This document shows, one piece after another, positions 41,856-52,799 of a stretch of 64,000 nucleotides of DNA. The notes beneath the pieces were generated by a model that was given only the letters and a program-made list of their open reading frames with translations, did not search any database and was not told the origin of the DNA. The DNA is from a virus, in the IMG/VR virus record IMGVR_UViG_3300046492_000237, positions 28,690 through 92,689 of that record; one strand, written 5' to 3'. How positions within the stretch are numbered: the stretch's first letter is position 1; each line of letters opens with the position of its first letter. The translations under genes and the position numbers were made by a program.

Positions 41856-42927
41856 GCGCCTTTTGCGGATTTATTGATGAACGGCTGTTTTCAGCGCAGC
41901 GCCTGCATTGCGAGAGCGTGGAATTTCTCGAAAAACAGCGGCGCGAGCGTGTCGTAATCCGGGCGGCCGATCAGCGGGAAACCGATCTCCAGATCAAGGT
42001 TGTCGGTCAGGCTTTGGGTGTGATCGTGGACGGCGGTGCATTCGGTTCGGTAATGCATCCGGGCGAACTGCTCCTCGACACCTTTCACCACAGCGACATA
42101 AAAGGTGCTCATTTCGAGGTGGCGGGTACCCTTCTCGGCGCCGTTGATGCGGCCATCAGCGTTGCTCATCAGGTAGCGGTTGACGGCGAAGGACAGGTGC
42201 AGCCAGATGGCGTGCTTGAATTGTTGCTCGAGAGTCATGAGGTTGCTCCGGGGTTTGTTGGTTGTTGTGCCCGCAGCCAGCGCGCGTATCGGCTTTCAGG
42301 CTGGCCCGCTGGCAGGGTACGTTCGATCATCTGCACCAGCGCCAGACGCAGCGGGAACGTGCCCTGCATCAGAACGGTGGTGCGCAGTTCGTGCCGGGCG
42401 CCGTTGGTTGCCTTGGCAGTGATGGCAGCGATGGCATGGAACATCTGGTCGGTCGGCTCGATTCCGTAGGAACGCAGTTCCGCGTCGACCAGCCAGCGCG
42501 CTGGGCCTCGATTCAGCTTTTCAAAGGCGGCCTCGATCGCCGGGCAGGTCTCCGGCACCATGTCGAACGACAGGGCTTCAGCCGGAGTGACCTTTGTATC
42601 TTCGCGGAATGCCATGGCGACCTATTCCTTTGGCTTGCTGATCGTGGCGAGGTTATAGCTGCGCAGCAGGTCTTTCTTGATGGCTGCGATTGTTCCAGCG
42701 CTGAGGCCATCGCGGATGACGACCGGGTTGATGATTTCGCGGCCACCCAATGCAGTCAGCTGGATCAAGACGCCGGACCCGGTCAGGGTATCGCCGGCCT
42801 TTTCGATTTCACGGCTGGCAGCAGCGTAACTGCCGGCGAGCTGGGCTTTCAGCTCGATGTTCTGGCGCGCCAAATCCTGATAGGTCGGCTTTTTCGGTTT
42901 GGTGCTGGACATGGAGGATCTCCTTGG

Positions 42928-42960
42928 TGGTACCGGAAAAGCCCCGGGAAGGGGCTTTGG
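42928..42960 (-). repeat. Hairpin plus CCGGTACCA element, copy 4
   Basis: AAGCCCC-TTCCC-GGGGCTT-TT-CCGGTACCA. Confidence 0.75.
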
Positions 42961-44050
42961 TGTTCGGGCGGTGGCTATAGAAAGAAGCCTTCGATGACCT
43001 GCAGGGGAACGCCTGTCTTTTCGGTCCACTCAGCGGCGTAGGCTTCCGCTGCTGCCTTGGCCTTGACCTTCTGTTCCTCGTTGCCATCGGTGTACTGGAA
43101 CACTTTGCAGCCATCCCAGCCGGCGGCTTTCAGCGTTCTCTCTTGCTCGCGGCGGCGTTCGCGGCCACCGCCGATGACGTTCTGTTCTTCGGGAAGGCGG
43201 TAGCGGACGCGGGCGGCATAGTGGGAAAGGGTTGGCATTGGGTGTGGCTCCGTTGGTGGATTTGTTGATAGATCAGCGGCCGCCGAGTGCGTAAACCTCG
43301 AACTTGTTACCCTTCCGCCGAACGCTCATGGCCGCGCGGTTATAGCCATGGGCTGAGCACTCTTTACTAAGGAACGCATAAGCCTTTTTCATCGGCAGCG
43401 GTTTCGTCATTGCGTTCAGCTTGGCCGAGGTGGCGATCATGAAGTTCACGTAATCGATTACTGGCTGCTGGTAGGGCCGTGGGGAATGCTGCTGGGTATG
43501 CAGCTTGCGATGCTCCTCGCGCTCGGCAAGTTCGCCGATGGTGCCTTTATTGAGCGGATCCGCAGCGCGCCATTCGATGGCGTCGGACTCTACCCAGAAC
43601 TTGGCTACGATTACGCCCGCTCGGTAGCCGACCCATACGCTACTGGCCCCGGGCTTTTTCAGTTCTTCGATGGTGCGGAAGGCTGGGGCTTCTTTAGCCG
43701 GCTCGGCAACTGGTGCTGCTGGTGCTGGCGCATCGCAGGTCATGTCGTAGTGATCGGCGATCAGGGCAATGGCTTCGGTCTTGGTCAGCGACTTCGGAGT
43801 GGCGGCCAGATACTGAGCATTGGTCAGCACCCAGCGGATGCGGGACTTGCCAACGCTGTATTTGAATGCGCAGCGCAGTACGCCGGAAGTGACGCGGCCG
43901 TTCTCACGGTATTCGATGCCCATGGTGTCCACGCCGGATTCCTTGGCGCGGTTGATCATCTTGTCAGCGGTGATTTGAGCAGCTTCTTGATGAGTGTTCA
44001 TGGTCGTTTCCCTGTTCGGTTGATTGCTTGGATGGGTGAATCATACGGCG

Positions 44051-44068
44051 TTACTCAAATTTGATCAA
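44051..44068 (-). promoter_or_regulatory. Operator overlapping a sigma70 promoter (TTGATC-17-TATGAT)
   Basis: TTACTCAAATTTGATCAA. Confidence 0.75.
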
Positions 44069-44222
44069 TGCCCTTGTGATAACAATTCGTTCTAAGCCAA
44101 AAGCCCCCAGCCCCAGCGAGGCATATGCCCTCACGGCCTGACCGCGCCGCCGAACGGACACATTTGCACATATCTAAAAAAGTTCCGCGTCCAAAATGGC
44201 TAACGGACGACCTGACCGCCAT

Positions 44223-44827
44223 GGTCACCCGCCCGCCGACCCCCTCGCGCACCCAAAACGGAACCCCTCGCCATGGGTGGATTGCGGTCGATTTGAGGGT
44301 GCTGGTCACCCAAAAGGAGCGGTTACCGGGTCGGTTTTTGGTGGTAACCGGTTACCGGAAGGGCAAAGGTAACCATGCTCAGATATGAGTAAGCACACCT
44401 GTAAATGCTGGGCAGTTACCGGCAAAGTTACCTCCGGTTACCGCTACACGGTTACCTTTGATGCAGTTACCTCGAAACCGCCTGCAATTGCTGGGGTAAC
44501 CGATTTGCGGTTACCGCCGGTTACGCCGCGTATTTGATGATAGCGCCAGCAATATAAGGGGTAACCGAGGCATGTCAGTTTTGCGGTAACCGGGTAACCC
44601 GGATCGAAAGCAAATATAAATTAACCCTCGGAAATATCATCCCTGACATCACCCCCTACAACCCCCTCCAAAAATTACATGGTTATATATATCCAGTTAC
44701 TGGTTACCTTGACCCTTATTATTATTATTTATTGAGTATCTAGTGATATATATAAAGGGCTTTTTGGGGTAACCAGAAAGGTAACCAAGGGGTAACCCGA
44801 CCGCTTTTCCGGGGTTACCCGGTTACC
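44223..44827. repeat. Iteron cluster with AT-rich core; candidate replication origin
   Basis: 17 exact GGTWACC copies plus AGTTACC/GGTCACC variants around an AT-rich tract at about 44610-44765; non-coding; at the strand switch. Confidence 0.75.
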
Positions 44828-44889
44828 TCTGGCAAAACACGGGGTAGCAGCTTGCCAGTGCGCGCCGCAGGCTTGCTTGTAATCGCTGA

Positions 44890-45552
44890 ATGGTTAATCA
44901 TTCTTGGGGTACACCACCCAACCCGACGAACGGTGATTGGATCCCGAAGCCAAACCGCATGGATAACCGTATGATCGCCGGAAATCCCATTGACCCACAG
45001 GTGGCAGTGATGCAATCGAAACCGATTGAATACTTCACGTATCCCGAGCTGCCTGATCGTCCGATGTTCGAGTGCGCAGCACTCAGGGCAACCCTGCAAG
45101 TCGAGCGCTGTGCAGGTATGTGGACCGAGGCCAATGGGAAGAACCCGCCGGAACGTCTGGCCAAGTGCCGCAACTGCCCGATCGGCGCGCTGCATGCCGG
45201 GGAAGTGGAGTTCGACGTGTCAGTGCTGCGGGGAACCGGGATCTGTTCACGGTGCCACCGGGGCGGGATGCGGTTGATCGGGGGTGATATCTGCGTCAGC
45301 TGCTGGAACAGGGCTCGCGAAGTCATCGTCGGACGCAATGCCAAGGGCAAACCGCCCAAGATTCACCCGCCGCTGGCACCACGGTCGATCACCGTCCGGT
45401 CAGGCGGCCAGAACATCACGATCAAACGTGAGCACTCGGTCAGCACCGATGAGCTGGTGGTGGCCGGTTTGAGAGATTGCACCCGGCAGGTTTTGTTCGG
45501 ATTCAGTGCAACGAGAAAGGTTCCTATTTGCGTCCAAGGGGAGTTATTTTGA
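44890..45552 (+). CDS. Multi-Cys zinc-finger protein
   Basis: CRNC, CSRC, CVSC motifs; start uncertain. Confidence 0.65.
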   Translation: MVNHSWGTPPNPTNGDWIPKPNRMDNRMIAGNPIDPQVAVMQSKPIEYFTYPELPDRPMFECAALRATLQVERCAGMWTEANGKNPPERLAKCRNCPIGALHAGEVEFDVSVLRGTGICSRCHRGGMRLIGGDICVSCWNRAREVIVGRNAKGKPPKIHPPLAPRSITVRSGGQNITIKREHSVSTDELVVAGLRDCTRQVLFGFSATRKVPICVQGELF

Positions 45553-45953
45553 TGGAAGAAATTAAAAATTGCGCGAATTCCCAGAATCCGGGCAGCGTTA
45601 TCGACTTCGATGCCGAAAAACGTGCGCGCGAGGCTAAGTCTGACCAATCTGCGCAAGAACCAGTCTTCACGCTCATGCCGCACATCTGCCGCCACTGCTT
45701 CGGTCGATTGGCGAGCCGTTTGAACGATGGGCTGCAGGAGTACCGCTGCACGAATTGCGAGACGGTGACCGTGGCCCTTTCGCATGAGGAGGCCTGCTGC
45801 TGCGGGATGAAGATCCGCAAGCGCAACGGCGCCGGGCGCAGTGGTGGCCCGATGGTCGATGCGGGGATCCGCTGCATCCCAAATCCAGAGAAAAGTCCAG
45901 CATTTCCAAGCGCTTACGTCGCTTGCGAGGTGGTCAAAATCAAGCGCCCCTGA
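45552..45953 (+). CDS. Cys-rich zinc-binding protein
   Basis: HICRHCFGR, CTNC, CCCG; GGGAG before the ATG at 45552. Confidence 0.65.
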   Translation: MEEIKNCANSQNPGSVIDFDAEKRAREAKSDQSAQEPVFTLMPHICRHCFGRLASRLNDGLQEYRCTNCETVTVALSHEEACCCGMKIRKRNGAGRSGGPMVDAGIRCIPNPEKSPAFPSAYVACEVVKIKRP

Positions 45954-46040
45954 TTCGCAATCAGGGCGTCTGCAACAAAAAACTCTTATAAATCAACGTC
46001 ATTGCGTGCGCCGCTGGATTCTAGGGCGCACATAGGGCGC
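45948..46040 (+). repeat. Bipartite element, copy A
   Basis: CCCTGA-TTCGCAA-TCAGGGCGTC...GGGCGC-ACATA-GGGCGC. Confidence 0.75.
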
Positions 46041-46139
46041 AGATCTTTTTCGCTTAATCCGGCGCATTTGCTAAGGCATTGATCATATTTGATTGATATA
46101 CTGGCGCCCTTCGCTGCACTCACGATTCGGGGGAACACC

Positions 46140-46568
46140 ATGGATTCATCACCGCAACCACGCCTGCCAGTTGTGTACATCGCCGGGCCTTACCGCGCCG
46201 CGACGCAAGCCGGCATCGAGCTGAACATCCAAGCCGCTCGGTCGATGGGTCTGCAAGCCATTCGCCGTGGCTGGTCGCCGATCATCCCGCACTGCAACTT
46301 CGCGCTGCTGGATCTGGTCGACCCTGCCATTGGCGACAGCTTCTGGCTGGCCGCGACCATGGAACACATGCGCCGGGCCGACGTGGTGCTGCTGGTGCCG
46401 GGCTGGGAGAATTCGACCGGCACTCAGGCCGAGGTGCGGGAAGCGCGCCGCCTGAACATCCCGGTTTTCTACGCGCTGGACAAACTCACGGACGGCGCCG
46501 AGTACATGGTCCAGTGCGCAAAGATTCGTGACTTGGTCTCCGTCGTGATGGCAGGTTCGCAGGCATGA
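46140..46568 (+). CDS. Nucleoside 2-deoxyribosyltransferase-like (DUF4406/DUF1937-type) protein
   Basis: VYIAGPY, PIIPH, PGWENS.G...E...A...IPVF. Confidence 0.8.
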   Translation: MDSSPQPRLPVVYIAGPYRAATQAGIELNIQAARSMGLQAIRRGWSPIIPHCNFALLDLVDPAIGDSFWLAATMEHMRRADVVLLVPGWENSTGTQAEVREARRLNIPVFYALDKLTDGAEYMVQCAKIRDLVSVVMAGSQA

Positions 46569-48232
46569 ACACGACCACCCAACCCTTCACACTGCATCTG
46601 GGCGACTGCCTCGATGTGCTGCGCACTCTGCCGGATAACTCGGTGGATAGCGTCGTGACCGATCCGCCGTATGCGTTGCCCGGCGGTTTCATGGGCAAAA
46701 CATGGGACAACTTCGACGGTCGCGAGGATGCTGGGTTTGGTTACTGGCTCGCCGGCTTCACCGATGGTGAGGGCCATTTCCGCGTCCAGAAGCACGAACG
46801 CGGTTCGCACACTTGCGTATTCCAGATCAAGACTCGCGACGATGATCGCGCCGTGCTTGAGCGCATCAAGCGCTTCCTCGGCGTCGGAGTGATTTACGAG
46901 GGCGAAGGCAGCGGCAATGCCAACCCGCAGTGCGCATACATCGTCCAAGACAAGGAGGGCTGCGCTCGCGTTGTCGCCTTGTTCCGCAAGTACCCGCTGA
47001 CCGCCAAGAAGGCGCTCGACTTCGAGATTTGGGCCGAGGCTGTCGAGGAGTGGCTTGAGCGACCGAGAGGCAATCGTTGGCAGGGTATGGCTGACCAAGC
47101 GCGCGCTGCATCGCTGAAAGCTCGACTCGAAGACGTTCGCCGATACACGGGAATCCCTTGGTCTGGGCATAACTTTCAAGATTGGGTGCGCCAATGGGCA
47201 ACCGAGTGCCTTCGAGTGCTGAAGCCCGGCGGCCACATGCTGGCTTTCGGCGCTCCGCGCCAGTATCACCGCCTTGCGGCTGGTATCGAGGACGCCGGCT
47301 TCGAGATCCGCGACCAGATCATGTGGGTGTTCGGCTCAGGCTTCCCGAAGTCGCACAACCTCAAGGGTGACCACGCTGGTTGGGGCACCGCGCTCAAGCC
47401 AGCACACGAACCGATTTGCATGGCGCGAAAGCCGCTGATCGGCACGGTGCTGGCAAACGTTACGGCGTTCGGGACTGGTGCGATGAACATCGACGCCTGT
47501 CGGATCCAGACTGGCGACAACCTGAACGGTGGCGCTTACGTCGACGGCGGTCGTAAGTCGGTCTCGGATTCGATGCGTCAGGGCAGCGGCATGAACGCCG
47601 TTGGCTCATCGGCGGGCGAATACGTCCAGCCCTCCGGTCGATGGCCAGCCAACCTGATCCACGATGGCAGCCCGGAGGTGGTGGCGATGTTCCCCGCCGA
47701 GGCCGGCGCATCTGCTCCGGTCAAGGGCTCCGAGCCAACCGCCAATGGATTCAGCGGGTCTGTGAAGTTCAGCGGGTTGATTGGGCGCGTCGAGGGCGCA
47801 TTTCACGGTGACAGCGGCAGTGCCGCACGGTTTTTCTACTGTGCCAAGACCAGCCGACGCGACCGCAACGAGGGGCTGGTCGATCCCGGGCCGCAGTTCA
47901 AGCGCGGCACCACGCTACGCAAGGTCGAGAACACCGACACCAAGGGCAACAACCATCCGACCGTCAAGCCGACTGAGCTGATGGCGTACCTGCTGCGACT
48001 GGTCACGCCGGTTGGCGGCACAACGCTCGATCCGTTCCTCGGCAGTGGTAGCACCGGCAAGGCCGCGATGCTCGAAGGCTTCGAGTTCATTGGGATCGAG
48101 AAGGAAGCGCCGTACATGGCCATCGCCAGCGCGCGGATCTGTCACGCTCACGCCGCTGCCGTCGCCGCCGCTGATCTGGCGGACGCTGTCGCCAACCCAG
48201 TGCAGGCCGACCTGTTTGGGCTGCTGGCATGA
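46565..48232 (+). CDS. N4/N6 DNA methyltransferase with an in-frame LAGLIDADG insertion
   Basis: GDCL, TDPPY, RVLKPGG, HPTVKP, LDPFLGSGSTG; insert YWLAGFTDGEGHF. Confidence 0.9.
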   Translation: MNTTTQPFTLHLGDCLDVLRTLPDNSVDSVVTDPPYALPGGFMGKTWDNFDGREDAGFGYWLAGFTDGEGHFRVQKHERGSHTCVFQIKTRDDDRAVLERIKRFLGVGVIYEGEGSGNANPQCAYIVQDKEGCARVVALFRKYPLTAKKALDFEIWAEAVEEWLERPRGNRWQGMADQARAASLKARLEDVRRYTGIPWSGHNFQDWVRQWATECLRVLKPGGHMLAFGAPRQYHRLAAGIEDAGFEIRDQIMWVFGSGFPKSHNLKGDHAGWGTALKPAHEPICMARKPLIGTVLANVTAFGTGAMNIDACRIQTGDNLNGGAYVDGGRKSVSDSMRQGSGMNAVGSSAGEYVQPSGRWPANLIHDGSPEVVAMFPAEAGASAPVKGSEPTANGFSGSVKFSGLIGRVEGAFHGDSGSAARFFYCAKTSRRDRNEGLVDPGPQFKRGTTLRKVENTDTKGNNHPTVKPTELMAYLLRLVTPVGGTTLDPFLGSGSTGKAAMLEGFEFIGIEKEAPYMAIASARICHAHAAAVAAADLADAVANPVQADLFGLLA

Positions 48233-50697
48233 ACGCCTGCAGCTGGATTCACGATGTGGTCACGCTGGCCGATGGCCGCAAGATCGCCAGCAACAGCGAG
48301 GAGTGGCGCGCCGAGTGTGAGGCGCGCCACGTCCTGCGCATGAACCACACGGCGCGCACTGAATTCATGGCGTTCATCGAGCAGCGACGCGGCGCTTCTG
48401 CTGCCGAAAGCCTGCGCGCCTGCATCGAGGCGACCGAACCTGCCTACGTGCTGGAGCTGCCGAACAAGGCCCAGCGCAACGCCTATCTGCGCACGGTCGA
48501 GCTGAATCAGGGCGAGAACGCATCCGAGCACCTGCGCAACCGCTGCATGGACTTGCATGGCCAGCGTGAAGCCGCTTGTGCAGCGTCTGCCGCGTAACGC
48601 ATAATTGAGCAATGACGCCGTTATCCCAACGGCTAACGGTGAATACATGAGTAATTTTGACTGCGCTGGCATCGACCCGATCATTGTCCTGCTGATGTTC
48701 TACATCGCTGCGCGCTATGGCTTCCGCTGCTGGAACCGGCTGATGCGCCACCTCAACGTTCGCAAGCACGGATGGCCGCCAGAACACCTCGCCGCTGATG
48801 GCGACTTCCGGAGGGGCGGCCAATGATCATCCCAGTGTTTGCCTTGATGTTCTTGGCCCAGCATATCCTGCGCGGGCCACGCCGATGAGACTGCAAGTGA
48901 TGGCCGTCACCGGCCGCTTCCAATACGCATGGACCAACGTGCGGAATGTCCGTTCTGGCTACCTGCGTGCCCAGCAGTGCGATGACCGTGGCAAGGATCG
49001 GCTCTACTGCCGCATTCGGTGGCTGAAATGAAAATCCTTGTCCTGCTGTACGCGCTGGATCTGCCGATCGAGTTCGAGATTCGCCGTCACCTGCTGTTGC
49101 GTATCCGGGGGCTTCGATGAGCCTGACCGGTCGCACCAAGTACCGCACCGGCTGGTTCGGCTGGCTGATCCTGCAGGTTGAGGTGATCGATCGCCGCTAC
49201 GACGACGAGGGTGAAGCCATCTGGCGAGACGCCAAGGCTGAAGACTTCGCCCCCAACCACGTCCGCCAGATCTTTCGTGATGCTCCAATGCCCTACCCGG
49301 GCCAGCGCCCACAAACCGAGCAATAGACCATGACCCAAACGACCACGATGAAACGCCTGTACGCCGACGATGGCAGCTACGCCGGTGTCGCCGAAGTAAC
49401 CACCGAAAACTGCATGGTCGCGCTGTACCGGCACCGCCCGGGCGCCCGTATGGAACTGACCCGTATGTCCATGGCCGTGCGCCTTGGGATCACCCGCATT
49501 CTTCTGGAGCGCCGCGCATGACCGTCATGAAAACCGAGATCTTCGAAACGCTCAATCAGCGGATCACCGTCGAAACGCCCGTGGTCACCCGCGAGCAGCT
49601 GCACGCCGCGCTGAGCTGCTTCGTGGGGCGACTGGTTACGCCAGAGCTTAAAAGGGATATGCAGGTGACGGTCGCTACGCTGCTCGCGCCGAAGATCACT
49701 ATCGAGGAATGCTCGCCGCCGAGCAGCCTGCTGATCCACCTGCCGCTCTACCAGCACATCTCGGTCGGGCATCGTCAAGTACGCGCGCTGAAGGTCGCCG
49801 CCGTCATCCCGAACCCGCGCGGCATCGAACTGCACTTCGAGAACACCCGCTACGCGCCTATTCAGGTATCCAACCGCTGGAACATCGACTGGGCGCCAGA
49901 GCCGGGCGGCTACTACGGCCATGCCCAGAATGGCGAGCCGTTCTACATGAGCGCCGATGGCTTCAACGAGAACTACACCATGATCGAGGTCGGCGCATGA
50001 ACCTGCCCCGCGCGCTCGACATCCTGATTCCTCGCTTCATGACTGAGGACGCAGCAGTTGATCTCCACTTCTGCGGTCAATGCAATAAGCCGCACCCGCA
50101 ACCGGTCTGTTCGATGAAGGATATCGAACCCGGGGAAGTCTTCGCGGGCATCATGACCGTGCGGTTCTTCAACCTGTTCGGCCTGTCGCTGTTCCCGCAC
50201 TATGACGGCGTGATGCGACCATGGGTCAACCCACACGACAAGGCTGAGCCCTGATGGCGAAGGACATTGATGAAACTCGGCAGGACCGGTCGGCCGACCG
50301 CGACGCCATTCAAGCGCAGATGGATGAGTACCTGCGCCATGGGGGCCTGATCAGCAAGTTGGACTGGTCGGGCAAAGTGATCGGCCTTGAGACCGAAGCG
50401 CCGTCCGCGCCGCGCCAGATCCCAAAGGGCATGAACTTCAATCCACCGATCAATAGCGATCGAACGGCAAAGCTTGCTCCTACAGTGCCAGCCCCGGCCA
50501 GCAAGGCTTTGCCCGTCAAAAAGGTCGAGTTCGCTCCCATAGTGGAAATCGCACCGGCGGTGGTCACTCGCCGGGTTAAGCCTGCGCCGACCGCCACCAT
50601 CATCGACATCGTGCCTGAGCTGCGCCGCATCCGTGCAGAAGCCCAGCGCGCACTGGCCCGGCTGAATGCTGCTGCCGAAAGGCGAATCGCGTGACAA

Positions 50698-50789
50698 CCC
50701 TGACCAGTGATCAGGGCGTCAGCGGCGCAAACCACCGCAGACGCTGACCGCCTGCACAACCACCGACAGTTCGGGCGCCATAAGGGCGC
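50698..50789 (+). repeat. Bipartite element, copy B
   Basis: CCCTGA-CCAGTGA-TCAGGGCGTCA...TTCGGGCGC-CATAA-GGGCGC. Confidence 0.8.
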
Positions 50790-51842
50790 GAAGCCATGGA
50801 GAACCGTATGATCGAGACACCTGAAAACTGGGAGGTGCTGGCCAAGTCGCTGAACGATCCGTGCGCCAGCCACCAGTGCAAGACCTGCAGCGGCAAGGGC
50901 ATTCACAACTGCCCCGGCTCGAAACCGGCGCCAGTTCGCTCGATTGCCGAGGATGAGGAACTGCTGGCCAAGGCCGATCGATGAGCAGCGTATTCCACGG
51001 CGAGCCGGGCGGTCATGCACGGTCTGTGCGCGACGTGACCTTCGGCACACCGAAGCGGCCATCGACCGGAACTGTCAAAGGCCATAAGCCGCTGCTGACC
51101 GACGCCGAGATCCTTGAAATGCGTGCGCTCAGTGAGTTCTCCGGATGGACTCGCGAGCAGCTTATGGCGCGTTTCGTCGTCGATTACGACATGGTTTACC
51201 GCGTGCTGTCGGGCGTGACCCGATCGCGCTTGGTCGCCACCCGCAAACACCTACCGAAGAATCTGGAGCCCGCATGATCGACAAAGAGCTTTCGCTGATC
51301 GTCTACCCGGTTGAGGTTGGGGATGAACCCCAGTTCTGGGTTGCCGAGTCCCAGCACTTCAAGTACCTGCATCCGCTCGACGGCAAGGAGGAGACTTTCC
51401 GCTTTCAGCAGAAGGGCGACACCGCCGATGAGGCGCGGCAGAACGCGCAGAAGCAACTGGACTGGTTCAATGGCGATCGAGGCAACTGCATCACCGAGAT
51501 CCAAGACTTCACCGCCGAGCAGCTGGCCAAGGTGACGCCGGTATGAGCCAAAGAGCGGAGTACCTCGACTACGCGACTCTTGACAGCGGAATGATGCATC
51601 GCGTGCGGGTGCGCGCCGAGACCGTCGATATCGGCCCGGCGAAGGACGTTCCTTGCGGCCCGGTAGCTGTCGCCCTGAGCCACTTGAACTACGGCTGGTA
51701 TTCGTGGCGCCAGAAAGCCGAGTTCGGATTCATGCGGCTGGTTCGTCGCAAGCCAGTCGCGGCACAAGCGGCCGCACTCATCTCGCACGACCGGATCCTC
51801 AACGGGCAGATTGCGTCGCGCGGGTTGGTTTCTTTTTACATC

Positions 51843-51935
51843 ACCTGATACGGAATCAGGGCGTCACGCAGTAGATAAACCAATAAACACTGATGATTTC
51901 AACGCAACACTTCACTTCGGGCGCCGAGAGGGCGC
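51843..51935 (+). repeat. Bipartite element, copy C
   Basis: ACCTGA-TACGGAA-TCAGGGCGTCA...TTCGGGCGC-CGAGA-GGGCGC. Confidence 0.8.
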
Positions 51936-52749
51936 AAAAACCAAGGGGTATGCATGAACACTCAAGACAAGTTGAATATGGCTTCAGCACTCGGCAACAC
52001 CATCGCCGGGCTTCTGTCGGTTTCCCAAAACAATAGCTCTGCCGTGCAGGCATCTGTTTGCAGCCTGATTACCGCAATGGCAGCCAAGGCTCAGGGGCTC
52101 TTGACTGCTGATGAGCTGAAGATCACCGCAAAAAGTCCGGAGGATGTCGCCGAGATTGTTGACGCCTATCGAGGATTCGGTGCTGGCATCGCTCGCGAAC
52201 TCCTGTCCGCTGAGGGCGCATTCCACTCCTCCGACTGCTCGACCAACAATCGCGGCGTACCGGAACTGCTCGGCAAGTGCGACTGCTCGATCGCGCCGTG
52301 TGAGCACAACGCCCCAGCCGCCGACTGCCCGTGCATGAGCGAGGGGACGAGAAATCAGGGGTTGGGTCACAACATGAACTGCAACTTCGAGCACTTCCTC
52401 GCCTACACTGGTCTGCACAGTGAGTCGCCTGAGACCATCGCCAAGATCAAGATCGGCTTCGCTGATCAGTGGCGACCGTGCGATCTGGTGGCAGAAGTTG
52501 AGTTCGTTCCGGACGATATCGGCAAGGCCGCCCCGATAATTTCCAGCGCCGATCTGGTCGAGTACCTGAGTGGGCGATATCAAGCCGGCCAGATTGATCA
52601 TGTGGTGCGCGTCGTCAGCAGCGGCATGGGGCAGGCCTCGTTCTACATTCGCCCGCACAGCGCCAATGGCGTTACCTCGCAATTCTTCGCCGTCAAGGCC
52701 TGATACGCTCTCCCCGCCGGCCCATCCGTGGCCGGCCTTCCCCTGCGTC

Positions 52750-52765
52750 GTCGTGACAATACCCT
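52750..52765 (+). promoter_or_regulatory. Putative late promoter GTCGTGAC-AA-TACCCT
   Basis: Intergenic motif copy upstream of the TerS-like gene. Confidence 0.55.
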
Positions 52766-52799
52766 CGCTCAATACCCTACCCAACCCACGGACTGAATA

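Larger units (their letters stand above)
29415..44001 (-). other. Leftward early accessory island of about 35 small, translationally coupled ORFs
   Basis: Tightly packed minus-strand ORFs (e.g. 30134-30379, 30912-31445, 32490-33257, 33251-33676, 33673-34155, 34152-34649, 35874-36230, 36563-36985, 37033-37821, 38842-39348, 40869-41546, 41891-42238, 42235-42615, 43273-44001) interspersed with operator-promoters. Confidence 0.8.
48229..52703 (+). other. Cluster of small hypothetical genes
   Basis: Coupled ORFs 48229-48597, 49117-49326, 49330-49521, 49518-50000, 50254-50694, 50796-50984, 50981-51277 (HTH-like), 51543-51848, 51954-52703. Confidence 0.65.

Noticed and set aside
44223-44827. CRISPR array
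   Set aside because: Repeats are 7 bp, in both orientations and irregularly spaced; no cas genes
46709-47173. Intein or group I intron in the methyltransferase
   Set aside because: No splice-junction residues or Hint blocks, and the insert length is filled by the endonuclease domain
50711-50779. GGCGTC/GGCGCC long-range RNA pairing as the explanation of the bipartite element
   Set aside because: Copy D changes the 5' side (GGAATC) with no compensatory change, while helical spacing is kept; not excluded but disfavoured
50771-50789. GGGCGC-N5-GGGCGC read as a sigma54 -24/-12 promoter
   Set aside because: GG-N10-GC spacing fits, but the TGGCAC/TTGC consensus is poor, and in copy E the implied start would fall downstream of the AGGAGG ribosome-binding site
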